Source: Luminiphilus sp. (lineage in GTDB: Bacteria > Pseudomonadota > Gammaproteobacteria > Pseudomonadales > Halieaceae). From it: 64,000 nucleotides of DNA. This document shows, one piece after another, positions 31,644 through 41,071 of the stretch. The notes beneath the pieces are model-generated. The model was not told the origin of the DNA, did no database searches, and saw only the letters and a program-made list of their open reading frames with translations. The position numbers were made by a program, and so were the translations under genes. The stretch spans positions 24 to 64,023 of the forward strand of contig JADHNP010000003.1 of assembly GCA_016779445.1 (NCBI GenBank), read 5' to 3'. Within the stretch, counting starts at the first letter, position 1; the number at the start of each line of letters is the position of its first letter.

Positions 31644-32021
31644 TCAGCAAGTGCGGCGAAAAATTTCAGACTCAGTGTCGTCGGTAGACGTTGTTGGCCA
31701 CTTTCGATTAAAGGCGCGCTGCAGCAATTCTCCTCCACTCATGGTCTCAACTTCGCCGGGATGTTCCCGCGCATAATCCAGCAGTACTTTTTTCAGCGTG
31801 CCGAGGTTTGTGTCGCTCGGTATGCACGCATTTCTCCGTACCATATCGATATCTGCGTCGGCCCAGCTACCGAGGTACCCGGCACACCAGCCACTCTCAT
31901 AAGTTGCCTCGCTGTTGCAGTTGGCTACCATTCCTTTGGCACTGTAGTAAGCCGCGCTCGCACGGTGGCTGCCCGCGGCGACCAATAGCGAGGCGGCGAG
32001 AAACAAAAACGCTGATCTCAT
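31644..32021 (-). CDS. Rap1a/Tai-family immunity-like periplasmic protein
   Basis: Signal peptide, then the pattern C..(x10)..CAGYLG..D..C-IP..T..L...YAREHP...LLQRAF..WP typical of Rap1a-family proteins. Confidence 0.75.
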   Translation of the reverse strand: MRSAFLFLAASLLVAAGSHRASAAYYSAKGMVANCNSEATYESGWCAGYLGSWADADIDMVRRNACIPSDTNLGTLKKVLLDYAREHPGEVETMSGGELLQRAFNRKWPTTSTDDTESEIFRRTC

Positions 32022-32120
32022 GATGATATCCAGTCTCGAATTAACTGTTATACCCTGCAATTAGGGTCGTCTTATACACGGAACATTAACACTTAGTTTA
32101 CCGCGATACGGGAGTTTTTC

Positions 32121-32516
32121 ATGATGACGCTGTTTGATTCGGTCGCGCCAATACCGAGTCACTCTATAGCGGCGATGTTAGCGGTGCTTCTTGGCGGTTG
32201 GCAGCTGTTTTCCGAAAAAGGCACCCGCAGGCATCGCATTTTTGGTTGGGCTTGGGTCGGCCTGATGATCTATGTCGCAGGCTCCTCCTTCTTCATTAAT
32301 GAACTTAATTTCTGGCGCACGCTGAGTCCGATACATGTGCTTAGTGCCTGGACACTCATCTCGCTGGCGATCGCTGTGTTCCAGGCAAGAAGAGGCAATA
32401 TTCGTCAACACCGACTGTGGATGCTTTCCCTGTACGTATTGGCTCTTCTGCTCACGGGTATATTCACGCTATGGCCTGGTCGTTTGTTGCATCAGGTCGT
32501 ATTTGGCGTGGCATAG
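32121..32516 (+). CDS. DUF2306-family membrane protein
   Basis: H...KGTRRHRIFGWAWV, SPIHVLS, GNIRQHR..M, GIFTLWPGR. Confidence 0.85.
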   Translation: MMTLFDSVAPIPSHSIAAMLAVLLGGWQLFSEKGTRRHRIFGWAWVGLMIYVAGSSFFINELNFWRTLSPIHVLSAWTLISLAIAVFQARRGNIRQHRLWMLSLYVLALLLTGIFTLWPGRLLHQVVFGVA

Positions 32517-32650
32517 CAGTGGGGCATTTTACTTCTTTGGGTAGGAGTTTCCGCGGGTCGGATTAAGTTGCCTGAGCGAACCGAGTATTTGCCCGTCGGG
32601 CAGCGGGTAGGTATGTTGGATTTTGAGTCAGGATAATCGACGAAGGATAA

Positions 32651-33052
32651 ATGATGATTCAAGGAAATTGTCTGTGTGCGGCGGTGAAATACGAAGTAAC
32701 GGCCGAGTCACAGATGCAGGGGCTCTGTTATTGCACCGATTGCCAGATCATCGGCGGGAGCTCGCACTGGGCCTCCTACGCCGTGGCGCCATCCGACTTC
32801 CGATTGCTACAGGGAAGCCTGACCGAATTCGCCTACGATCCAGGCTCTGGCCGAGAAGTGGTTCGGTGTTTCTGTGATCAGTGTGGGACACAAATTAAAG
32901 TGGTATCGGCGGAATTGGGGGTGGCATCTGTTAACGCCATGACATTCAGCAATTCAGAAGCCTTTTCACCCAAATTGACCTATTTCAGTGGCAGTGCGCC
33001 GGCTTGGTGCACGGTTGAGGCAGGTCTCGCGAAGTTTGAGGCAATGGCCTAA
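32651..33052 (+). CDS. GFA/CENP-V family Zn-binding protein
   Basis: GNCLCAAVKY, CYCTDCQ, FCDQCGT. Confidence 0.9.
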   Translation: MMIQGNCLCAAVKYEVTAESQMQGLCYCTDCQIIGGSSHWASYAVAPSDFRLLQGSLTEFAYDPGSGREVVRCFCDQCGTQIKVVSAELGVASVNAMTFSNSEAFSPKLTYFSGSAPAWCTVEAGLAKFEAMA

Positions 33053-33066
33053 ACGCCTTGCTGCTG

Positions 33067-33309
33067 CTAATCCATCCCAACCTTAGCTTGCGGCTCTTCC
33101 TCAAGACTGGATGGGGATTGGAAATTACCCGATAACCATGCCCAGGCCAGCATCATCAGAATAGAAATCAGCACAGCAGTCTTTTTTTTTGTCAGCCTGT
33201 ATAGGCCCCGATTAAATAAAAATTTAGGCAGCGCTTTCCCTATGAATGCAATAAGGGCTGCGGTGGTAAGTTTTGGCAAGGGAATCTTTCCATGTCTTTG
33301 GCTGCACAC
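33067..33309 (-). CDS. Possible small membrane protein; start uncertain
   Basis: KKKTAVLISILMMLAWAWLS, a basic + hydrophobic segment; no clear RBS. Confidence 0.3.
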   Translation of the reverse strand: MCSQRHGKIPLPKLTTAALIAFIGKALPKFLFNRGLYRLTKKKTAVLISILMMLAWAWLSGNFQSPSSLEEEPQAKVGMD

Positions 33310-33362
33310 ACCGCCACTCCATCACCGTATTGCATGGATTCAAGCCGAAACGGCATTGGCAA

Positions 33363-33449
33363 TGGTGCCCAGGAGAGGACTTGAACCTCCACGCCCTTGC
33401 GAGCACTAGCACCTGAAGCTAGCGTGTCTACCAATTTCACCACCTGGGC
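33363..33449 (-). tRNA. tRNA-Leu (anticodon CAG)
   Basis: Minus strand GCCCAGGTGGTGAAATTGGTAGACACG-CTAGC-TTCAGGT-GCTAG, long variable arm, GGTTCAAGTCC, ends in CCA; 87 nt. Confidence 0.98.
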
Positions 33450-33484
33450 AGCGGAGAAACTTTCTGAAAACTCAGAGGGCGCGC

Positions 33485-33513
33485 AGACTACTGCCTCCCC
33501 CGGGCGCTGTCAA
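33485..33513 (-). promoter_or_regulatory. Stable-RNA-type sigma70 promoter of tRNA-Leu
   Basis: TTGACA-N17-TAGTCT followed by the GC-rich discriminator GCGCGCCC. Confidence 0.75.
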
Positions 33514-33619
33514 TTTCAGGTGTTTTCATTGGCAGATACCTTGGCACAACGCCTACCCCATTCCAGCGTATAATGCTGGTACCTACCCAGCCGGCTCACA
33601 TTGGCCATCGGAATGTCTC

Positions 33620-36100
33620 TTGGCGCCACGCCGAAAATCCAAAAATACAGCACCACCTCCTGATCCCCATGCTGCGCGTGAGCAAGATCGGTATGAGCAC
33701 CCCATCGCCAGTCGTGAGGTCATTCTCGGATTATTGGAATCTGCCGACGCACCGCTTGGGCTGGAGGCGATTGCAGGGCAATTGGCGCTGGATCAAGATC
33801 GGGACCTCGACGCCTTGCGTAAGCGGTTGCGAGCCATGCAGCGTGACGGACAGGTTGTCTCCGGTCGCCGCGGTGCGTATGGAGTGCCCAGGCGAATGGA
33901 CTTGCAGCGATGCCGAGTCATGGGTCACCGTGATGGATATGGTTTTGCGCGACCACTGGAGGGTGGCGAGGATCTGTTTCTCTCCGCCAGAGAGATGTAT
34001 CAAGTCTTTGATGGTGATGAAATTTTGGTCGCCGTGGCGGGGCTGGATCGGCGCGGAAGAGCCGAAGGCCAGATCGCAGAGGTGCTTGAGCGGGCGCACC
34101 ACATGGTGGTGGGTCGGTATATGGAAGAGAGTGGCATCGGCTTTTTGCTGCCCCATAACACCCGCATCCGCAACCATATTCTGATCCCCCCGAAGGCCAA
34201 GGGCGGCGCACGCCACGGTCAACTGGTATCGGTGTCGCTAACCGATTACCCCTCGGCAACACTGGGCGCCAAAGGCCGGGTTGAGGAAGTATTGGGAGAT
34301 CATCTTGATCCGGGCCTGGAAATTGACGTGGCCATTCGAGCGCATGGGATTCCATGGGAATGGCCCGATGAGGTCTTGCGAGAGGCGGGCAGCCTCGGTG
34401 AGGAGCCCGCTGAGCAGGATAAGTTACACCGCGAAGACTTGCGCGCGCTGCCATTTGTCACCATCGACGGAGAGGACGCCAGAGATTTTGATGACGCCGT
34501 CTGGTGCGAGGCAAATCAGGATGGTTTTCGCCTTCTCGTCGCCATTGCAGATGTGTCTCATTATGTGCCTGTGGGTTCGGCGCTGGATGAGGAGGCCAGC
34601 TTGCGTGGCAACTCAGTGTACTTCCCTGAGCGGGTCGTGCCGATGTTTCCAGAGGTGCTTTCCAATGGGCTGTGTTCTCTAAAGCCTCGGGTTGATCGGC
34701 TCGCAATGGTTTGCGACATGCAGATCGATACCGTTGGGCGGCTCATCGACTATTATTTTTACGAGGCGGTGATTCATTCTCATGCGCGACTCACCTACAA
34801 CGATGTGGGTGCCGTGATCGAGCAGGGCTGGAGCGAGCGCGTACCAGCCGAGCGTGTTGAAGATATCGACCGACTTTACCGACTCTACGGTGTATTGCGT
34901 CAGGCACGAGAGCAGCGCGGTGCATTGGATTTTGATACGCAGGAAACGCGCATTCTGTTTGATGAGCAGCGCAAGATTGCCGCCATTGAGCCTGTTCATC
35001 GCAACGATGCCCACAAGCTCATTGAAGAGTGCATGCTGATTGCCAATGTGGCGACCGCGCAGTTTCTGGAGAGTTTGGAGCAGCCTGCGCTGTTCCGGGT
35101 ACACGAGTGTCCCAGTGCTGAAAAGCTTGAGAATTTGCGCGCTTTTTTGGGTGAGCTGTCGCTAGAACTGCCCGGTGGGCTCAAGCCGACGCCGGAACAT
35201 TATCAATCCCTACTCGCCACGGTTGAGGGTCGGGAAGACAGGCACATTATTCAGACAATGCTGCTGAGGTCGCTCTCTCAGGCGGTGTATCAACCTGAGA
35301 ACGCGGGCCATTTTGGCCTGCATTATCCAGCTTATGCCCACTTCACCTCCCCCATTCGCCGGTACCCCGATCTGTTGGTACATCGTGCGATACGTGCTGC
35401 TATTCGTACCCCTGGGAATGCAGGGCATATCCGTCGTGTACCTGGCGCCAGTGGGTTAAAGCGTGAGCGTATTTATCCCTACGATACCGCCGCCATGCTG
35501 ACCTTTGGTGAGCAATGTTCCATGACTGAACGACGGGCAGATGATGCGACCCGTGAGGTCGACGCTTGGCTCAAGTGCGAATTTTTGAAAGACCGCATTG
35601 GCGAGGAGTTTGCGGGTGTTGTTGCGGCCGTGACCAACTTCGGTTGTTTTGTTGAGCTGAGTGACTTGTACATCGAGGGCTTACTTCACGTCAGTGCGCT
35701 GCCGGGGGACTACTACCATTTTGATCAGGTCAAACAGCGTCTGGTAGGTGAGCGCACTCGTCGGGTTTTTCAACTTGGCGGGGCGGTGATGGTGAGAGTA
35801 GCGCGAGTAGACTTGGATGATCGCAAGATTGATCTTGAACTCGCCGGCATTGCCGAGCTTCGAAGCCCAGCGAAACCTAAACGCTCCCAACGCCGCGATG
35901 CGTCGGATACCCGTGAAAAACGTCCTCGCAAAGTCAAGGGAAAGATAAAAAACAAGAGCAAAACCGATAAGAAAAAAGCCATTGAAAAGTCGGACAAATC
36001 GAAGACCGAGGGCAACAAGCCCGGCAGCGGCAAACCAGCCCGTGCAAAAAAGTCGGCGTCTCCTGCTCAAAAGCAGTCTGGCAGCCGCAAGAAGCGTTGA
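33620..36100 (+). CDS. rnr: Ribonuclease R (TTG start)
   Basis: TIDGEDARDFDDA, HFTSPIRRYPD, S1 domain, Lys-rich tail; precedes rlmB. Confidence 0.98.
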   Translation: MAPRRKSKNTAPPPDPHAAREQDRYEHPIASREVILGLLESADAPLGLEAIAGQLALDQDRDLDALRKRLRAMQRDGQVVSGRRGAYGVPRRMDLQRCRVMGHRDGYGFARPLEGGEDLFLSAREMYQVFDGDEILVAVAGLDRRGRAEGQIAEVLERAHHMVVGRYMEESGIGFLLPHNTRIRNHILIPPKAKGGARHGQLVSVSLTDYPSATLGAKGRVEEVLGDHLDPGLEIDVAIRAHGIPWEWPDEVLREAGSLGEEPAEQDKLHREDLRALPFVTIDGEDARDFDDAVWCEANQDGFRLLVAIADVSHYVPVGSALDEEASLRGNSVYFPERVVPMFPEVLSNGLCSLKPRVDRLAMVCDMQIDTVGRLIDYYFYEAVIHSHARLTYNDVGAVIEQGWSERVPAERVEDIDRLYRLYGVLRQAREQRGALDFDTQETRILFDEQRKIAAIEPVHRNDAHKLIEECMLIANVATAQFLESLEQPALFRVHECPSAEKLENLRAFLGELSLELPGGLKPTPEHYQSLLATVEGREDRHIIQTMLLRSLSQAVYQPENAGHFGLHYPAYAHFTSPIRRYPDLLVHRAIRAAIRTPGNAGHIRRVPGASGLKRERIYPYDTAAMLTFGEQCSMTERRADDATREVDAWLKCEFLKDRIGEEFAGVVAAVTNFGCFVELSDLYIEGLLHVSALPGDYYHFDQVKQRLVGERTRRVFQLGGAVMVRVARVDLDDRKIDLELAGIAELRSPAKPKRSQRRDASDTREKRPRKVKGKIKNKSKTDKKKAIEKSDKSKTEGNKPGSGKPARAKKSASPAQKQSGSRKKR

Positions 36101-36103
36101 GTC

Positions 36104-36856
36104 GTGACAGAACTTGTCTTCGGTTATCACGCTACTGAAAGCCTGATTCGCCAGCGCCCGGGCCATATCCAAGCCCTGATGGTCCAAGCGGATCGCAACG
36201 ACAAGCGTATGCAGGCCCTAAATGACCTGGCGCAGAGCCAGGGTGTTGCCATCACGCGCTGCACGAAATCGGATCTAGACGCTGTGACCTCAGGGCGGCA
36301 TCAAGGAGTTATTGCGAGGTTACAGCAAGGCGCTTCTCATGAGGCGGCGGGCCAAACCAGTGAGTCCGATATGATGGCGATGGTTGTGGCGGCGGAACGG
36401 CCATTACTGCTGATTCTCGATGGCGTAACGGACCCTCATAATTTGGGTGCCTGCCTGCGCAGTGCGGACGCCGCGGGTGTAACGGCGGTGGTATTTCCCA
36501 AAGACAAAAGTGCCGACGTTAATGATGTTGCTCGCAAGGTTGCCAGCGGCGCTGCCGAGACGGTTCCCTGGGTCAGAGTGACCAACCTTGCGCGAACCAT
36601 GGAACACCTCAAACAAGCCGGCGTGTGGATTATTGGTGCGTCAGGGGAGGTGCCAGAAACACTCCACGACCAGGATCTGACGGTCTCTTGTGCGCTGGTA
36701 TTGGGCTCAGAGGGCAGCGGTATGCGCCGTCTGACGCGGGAGTCCTGCGATTTTGTGGTGTCGTTGCCTATGGCGGGTGCAGTCTCCAGTCTCAACGTAT
36801 CAGTTGCCGCTGGTATCTGCTTGTTTGAGGCGGTACGCCAGCGGCGCGGCACATAG
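36104..36856 (+). CDS. rlmB: 23S rRNA Gm2251 methyltransferase
   Basis: LDGVTDPHNLGACLRSADAAG, GSEGSGMRRL, SLNVSVA (SPOUT fold). Confidence 0.97.
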   Translation: MTELVFGYHATESLIRQRPGHIQALMVQADRNDKRMQALNDLAQSQGVAITRCTKSDLDAVTSGRHQGVIARLQQGASHEAAGQTSESDMMAMVVAAERPLLLILDGVTDPHNLGACLRSADAAGVTAVVFPKDKSADVNDVARKVASGAAETVPWVRVTNLARTMEHLKQAGVWIIGASGEVPETLHDQDLTVSCALVLGSEGSGMRRLTRESCDFVVSLPMAGAVSSLNVSVAAGICLFEAVRQRRGT

Positions 36857-36891
36857 GGGGCTAGGGACTCAATTCCTGCCAAACTTGAGCG

Positions 36892-36920
36892 TTGCAAACT
36901 GGCAATTGGCTTTGTAGACT
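36892..36920 (+). promoter_or_regulatory. Sigma70 promoter of the rpsF operon
   Basis: TTGCAA-N17-TAGACT. Confidence 0.55.
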
Positions 36921-36940
36921 CCGCTCTTCAAAAATTAGGC

Positions 36941-37013
36941 CGGGCTCATTTGGGAGCCCATCCTCCTTGCCGCACCGCTCGACGGGTGGCTATAAACCAT
37001 AGGGAGTACGCGA
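36941..37013 (+). ncRNA. Putative S6:S18 autoregulatory mRNA leader
   Basis: CTCCTT...GCC..GGC...CC..AGGGAG hairpin that sequesters the SD, plus an upstream GGGCTC/GAGCCC stem; matches the known bS6:bS18 leader layout. Confidence 0.55.
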
Positions 37014-37472
37014 GTGCGACACTACGAAGTTGTGTTCATGGTCCATCCGGATCAGTCCGAACAAGTCCCGGGAATGATTGAGCGTTACAGTAACGTCATC
37101 ACTAAAGATGGCGGGGCGGTGCATCGTCTGGAAGACTGGGGCCGAAGGCAGTTGGCTTACCACATCAACAAAATTCACAAAGCGCATTATGTGCTGATGA
37201 ATGTCGAGGCCTCTAACGAAGCCATGGAAGAGCTGACGACCACTTTCCGTTACAACGATGCGGTGATCCGCAACATGGTTATCCGTCGCGATGCGCCAGT
37301 TTTAGAAGAATCGCTGCTGATGAAAGCTGAGCGCGAAGACAAAGAGCGTAAAGCGCGATATCAGGAGCGTCAGGATAGCGACGCTGAAAAAACAGCTGAA
37401 CAATCCAGAGACAAAGATGGTGCGAGTCGCGACAGCGATTCTGACGCACCGCAAAAAGACAGCGAGGAGTAA
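37014..37472 (+). CDS. rpsF: 30S ribosomal protein S6 (GTG start, long charged tail ending in EE)
   Basis: [38 protein letters not shown]. Confidence 0.99.
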   Translation: MRHYEVVFMVHPDQSEQVPGMIERYSNVITKDGGAVHRLEDWGRRQLAYHINKIHKAHYVLMNVEASNEAMEELTTTFRYNDAVIRNMVIRRDAPVLEESLLMKAEREDKERKARYQERQDSDAEKTAEQSRDKDGASRDSDSDAPQKDSEE

Positions 37473-37475
37473 GTC

Positions 37476-37703
37476 ATGTCACGTTTTTTTCGTCGACGTA
37501 AATTTTGCCGGTTTACCGCCGAGGGCGTGACAGAGATCGATTACAAAGATCTAGACATGCTCAAGCAATATATTTCTGAGACCGGCAAAATAGTGCCGAG
37601 CCGGATCACCGGCACGAAAGCCAGGTATCAGCGACAGCTTGCGACGGCTGTGAAGCGCGCGCGTTATCTCGCATTGCTGCCATATACCGACGCTCACGAC
37701 TAA
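37476..37703 (+). CDS. rpsR: 30S ribosomal protein S18
   Basis: [25 protein letters not shown]. Confidence 0.99.
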   Translation: MSRFFRRRKFCRFTAEGVTEIDYKDLDMLKQYISETGKIVPSRITGTKARYQRQLATAVKRARYLALLPYTDAHD

Positions 37704-37712
37704 GTATTAACC

Positions 37713-38594
37713 GTGCGCGGCCTCGCTGAATTTATTATGCGCGGCCGGTGGCAGGCGCTGGCCGTTGCGGTACTTGGCTCCGGTAGTTTGCTGTTCGGCT
37801 GGATCAGTGCAGCGGCTATTTCGCTGGTCACACTGAGAAAGGGCATTGCCGCTGGCGGGTGGCTGGTTCTGTGGGCGCTGCTGCCGGCTGGGATCATTGC
37901 CCTAATGACGGGCGACACAGGCAGTGTGCTGCTGATGTTGGGCGTTTATGTGTTGGCGGTGGTCTTGCGGGAGAGTGTCAATCTCTCTCTGGCGATCTTG
38001 GCCAGCTTGCCTCTGGCGATAGTGGGCGGTTTTGTGCTCACAACCCTGAATGGGGTGTTTTTGGAGGAATTAGTCGCGACCTTCAATCAGGCGCTTGCTC
38101 AATTGGAGCGGGATCTGCAGCCTGAAGCGGCGCAGGAACTGGCGTTCAGTTCGCTGACGGTCTCCCAAGTAGCGGCGCTGCTGGCGACCGGTAATGCGGT
38201 CATCGCGGTGATGAGCCTGCTGTTGGGGCGTTTTTGGCAGGCAGCACTGTATAACCCCGGTGGGTTTGGTGCTGAGTTTCGAGCTTTGCGATTGCCCCAG
38301 GTGGCCGTCGTGGGAATGGTCGGTCTGGCCTCACTGCTTTGGTGGTTAGGTCCGGACTGGATGGTATGGAGTGCAGCGGTGGTGATGCCCCTTACCGTTG
38401 TGGGTTTTGCACTTGTGCACGCTTATGCAGTGCACACGGGCAAAGGGGCCACTTGGTTGGCGCTCATGTACATGCTTTGGATCGTACTGGATCCGGCGAA
38501 ATGGGTGTGGGTGGGATGCGTAGTTGTCGACGCATTCGTTGATTTTAGGGCCAGATGGGCATCGCCCTCTGGTGGTGGTTCAAACGGGATATAA
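37713..38594 (+). CDS. Polytopic membrane protein between rpsR and rplI
   Basis: MRGLAEFIMRGR, RFWQAALYNPGGFGAEF; many TM helices; matches the gene found at this position in Pseudomonas-like genomes. Confidence 0.85.
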   Translation: MRGLAEFIMRGRWQALAVAVLGSGSLLFGWISAAAISLVTLRKGIAAGGWLVLWALLPAGIIALMTGDTGSVLLMLGVYVLAVVLRESVNLSLAILASLPLAIVGGFVLTTLNGVFLEELVATFNQALAQLERDLQPEAAQELAFSSLTVSQVAALLATGNAVIAVMSLLLGRFWQAALYNPGGFGAEFRALRLPQVAVVGMVGLASLLWWLGPDWMVWSAAVVMPLTVVGFALVHAYAVHTGKGATWLALMYMLWIVLDPAKWVWVGCVVVDAFVDFRARWASPSGGGSNGI

Positions 38595-38653
38595 CCGGCC
38601 GAGCCAATTAAAGAGACGCCTGTAAGGCAAGTCGGGGAGTAGAGGAAGAAACG

Positions 38654-39103
38654 ATGGAAGTCATTTTGCTTGAGAACATTGGCAATCTGGGTGCGCTCGG
38701 AGACAAAGTTGATGTCAAACCTGGTTATGGACGCAATTTTCTAATCCCTCAGGGGAAAGCGGTGCCTGCTACGGGCGATAACGTAGCAAAGTTCGAGGCG
38801 CGACGTGCTGAATTGGAGACTGCTGCTGCTGAGACCCTCGCTGCTGCTGCTGCCCGTGGGGATGCCATGTCGGCTCTTGGATCGATCGATATCGCGGCCA
38901 CTGCGGGTGAGGAGGGCAAACTCTTCGGTTCGGTGGGGACTCGCGACATTGCTGAAGCCTTGACCGCGGCCGGATGTGAAGTCGACAAGGCAGAAGTGCG
39001 GTTACCTGAGGGCGTCATTCGTGAGCTTGGCGAGTTTGAGGTCATGATCCAGCTCCACGCTGAGGTGACAGCCTCTGTGGCGATTAACATCGTCGCCGAG
39101 TAA
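38654..39103 (+). CDS. rplI: 50S ribosomal protein L9
   Basis: [24 protein letters not shown]. Confidence 0.99.
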   Translation: MEVILLENIGNLGALGDKVDVKPGYGRNFLIPQGKAVPATGDNVAKFEARRAELETAAAETLAAAAARGDAMSALGSIDIAATAGEEGKLFGSVGTRDIAEALTAAGCEVDKAEVRLPEGVIRELGEFEVMIQLHAEVTASVAINIVAE

Positions 39104-39108
39104 GACTT

Positions 39109-39128
39109 GTCGGGGCAGATGCCCCGAC
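39109..39128. terminator. GC-rich hairpin after rplI
   Basis: GTCGGGGCA-GA-TGCCCCGAC; no clear U tract. Confidence 0.35.
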
Positions 39129-39270
39129 GGCTCCTCCCCGATATCTGCTGGCGTGTCTTACCTGTCGCAGGTACTCTAACCAGTCTGATTAAGTCCGGTG
39201 GTGTTGCGGCTGATAGTCCAGCACTCGCACCCATGGCATGTGTTTGATGTGTCACAAAGAAGGTTAGCTC

Positions 39271-40647
39271 TTGGAGTCGCTTAAATCTCAGGATGCGGAT
39301 ATCGCGCGCATCCGCATGCAGCCCCAGTCAGTTGAAGCTGAGAGATCCGTGATTGGCGGCATTTTGCTGGCACCCGAAAGTTGGGACGCCATTGCGGAAC
39401 TGGTGGATGCGGGGGATTTTTACCGGCCAGAGCATCGCGCCATCTTTCGCCAGATCGCCCTGCTGGTTGATCGTAACGAACCCATTGATGTCATTACGGT
39501 AGCGGATCGCTTGCTGGCTACGGGTGAGTTAGATGCCGCAGGTGGCCACACTTATCTAACGGATCTTGTTGAGCAAACCCCCACCGCGGCCAATGTCAGC
39601 GCTTATGCCCGAGCAGTAAGAGAGCGCGCCCTGCTCAGAAAACTGATCGGTGCTGCACAAGATATTGCTACTGCTGGGTTTAATCCTGAAGGCCGGAGTG
39701 CAGAAGAGCTGGTGGATGAGGCGGAACGCCTCATTATGACGGTGTCGGAAAGCGGCCCAAAAACAGGTGGTCCCAGAGGCATGGCACCACTCCTCACTGG
39801 CGCGTTGGAGCGAATCGAGGAGCTTTACAACACCGGTGGGGACATTACGGGCCTGACAACGGGTTTTATTGATCTTGATAAGAAGACTTCGGGCTTGCAG
39901 CCATCTGATCTGGTTATTGTTGCTGGAAGACCTTCAATGGGAAAAACCAGTTTTGCCATGAATCTTGTCGAGAATGCAGCGGCGCACACAGAAAAGCCTA
40001 TTGTGGTTTTCTCTATGGAGATGCCCGCAGAGCAATTGGTAGTCAGAATGATGTCCTCGCTGGGCAAAATTGATCAATCGCGACTCAGAACGGGCAAGCT
40101 CCAGCAGGATGACTGGCCTAAACTCTCCTCGGCCATGGCAAAGCTCAAAGACACCTCTATCTTCATTGACGACACGCCGGCTTTGACACCGACTGAAGTG
40201 CGGGCGAGAGCACGACGACTTTCACGAGAGCACGGTGATCTTGCGATGATCATGGTCGATTACCTTCAGCTGATGAGAGTGGCGGGTGCGGGAGAAGGGC
40301 GGACAGCAGAAATTTCTGAGATTTCACGCAACCTCAAAGCGATTGCTAAAGAGTTTCGGTGTCCGGTGGTGGCACTTTCACAACTCAACCGCGCCCTCGA
40401 GCAACGGCCCAATAAGCGCCCCGTTAACTCCGACCTTCGAGAGTCCGGTGCGATAGAGCAGGACGCTGATGTAGTGATGTTTATCTATCGTGACGAGGTG
40501 TATCACGAAGACTCGCCCGATAAAGGTGTCGCTGAAATTATCATAGGCAAGCAGCGTAACGGCCCCATCGGCACTTGTCGTTTGGCCTTCCAGGGAGAAT
40601 TCACCCGTTTCGAGAATCTCGCGCGCGGCGACTATGCCGGCTATTGA
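39271..40647 (+). CDS. dnaB: Replicative DNA helicase (TTG start)
   Basis: GRPSMGKT, FSMEM, VDYLQLM, LSQLNR, DLRESGAIEQDAD, KQRNGP. Confidence 0.99.
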   Translation: MESLKSQDADIARIRMQPQSVEAERSVIGGILLAPESWDAIAELVDAGDFYRPEHRAIFRQIALLVDRNEPIDVITVADRLLATGELDAAGGHTYLTDLVEQTPTAANVSAYARAVRERALLRKLIGAAQDIATAGFNPEGRSAEELVDEAERLIMTVSESGPKTGGPRGMAPLLTGALERIEELYNTGGDITGLTTGFIDLDKKTSGLQPSDLVIVAGRPSMGKTSFAMNLVENAAAHTEKPIVVFSMEMPAEQLVVRMMSSLGKIDQSRLRTGKLQQDDWPKLSSAMAKLKDTSIFIDDTPALTPTEVRARARRLSREHGDLAMIMVDYLQLMRVAGAGEGRTAEISEISRNLKAIAKEFRCPVVALSQLNRALEQRPNKRPVNSDLRESGAIEQDADVVMFIYRDEVYHEDSPDKGVAEIIIGKQRNGPIGTCRLAFQGEFTRFENLARGDYAGY

Positions 40648-40705
40648 GGTGTAAACTTGCAGCGCTGCCCGTTGGCGTCGCTGTCTGGATAGTTGGGAGT
40701 GCGGT

Positions 40706-41071
40706 ATGAGTCATCCTATGGCACCCATCGATTTTGCTGCGCTCATTGAGATGCTGGGCGGGAAGCGCGAAGTGGTGGCAAGCCTATTGAGCACGTTTCT
40801 GGAAGAGTTAGTCACTGACGTCGATGCGAGTAAGCGGGCGGTTTTAGAGCAGGACACCGAAGCACTGCAGCAGATCGCTCACCGCATTAAGGGTACCAGC
40901 GCCAATCTCCATGCCATGATGTTGTCGTCCATTGCGCGGGAGCTGGAGTCGGCCTGTGCCGAGGCAGATTACGGGTTGGTTACCCTTAAGCATGAAATGA
41001 TGTGTGATCAGTCGCAACGATTGGTCAACGCCATCCAAGGTTGGCATGGGCACGCCGACAACGCCACCTAG
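40706..41071 (+). CDS. Stand-alone Hpt phosphotransfer protein
   Basis: AHRIKGTSANL (HxxKG phospho-His motif) in a helical bundle; GGGAG RBS. Confidence 0.88.
   Translation: MSHPMAPIDFAALIEMLGGKREVVASLLSTFLEELVTDVDASKRAVLEQDTEALQQIAHRIKGTSANLHAMMLSSIARELESACAEADYGLVTLKHEMMCDQSQRLVNAIQGWHGHADNAT

Noticed and set aside
25933-33362. Prophage, ICE or integron interpretation of the islet
   Set aside because: No integrase, structural genes, repeated attC-like sites or tRNA-end duplication seen; the genes are in mixed orientation.
33224-33443. ORFs 33224-33412 and 33240-33443
   Set aside because: They overlap the tRNA-Leu gene and are translation artefacts.
38818-38853. GCT trinucleotide runs in rplI
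   Set aside because: They encode the normal Ala-rich linker helix of L9; not a contingency repeat.
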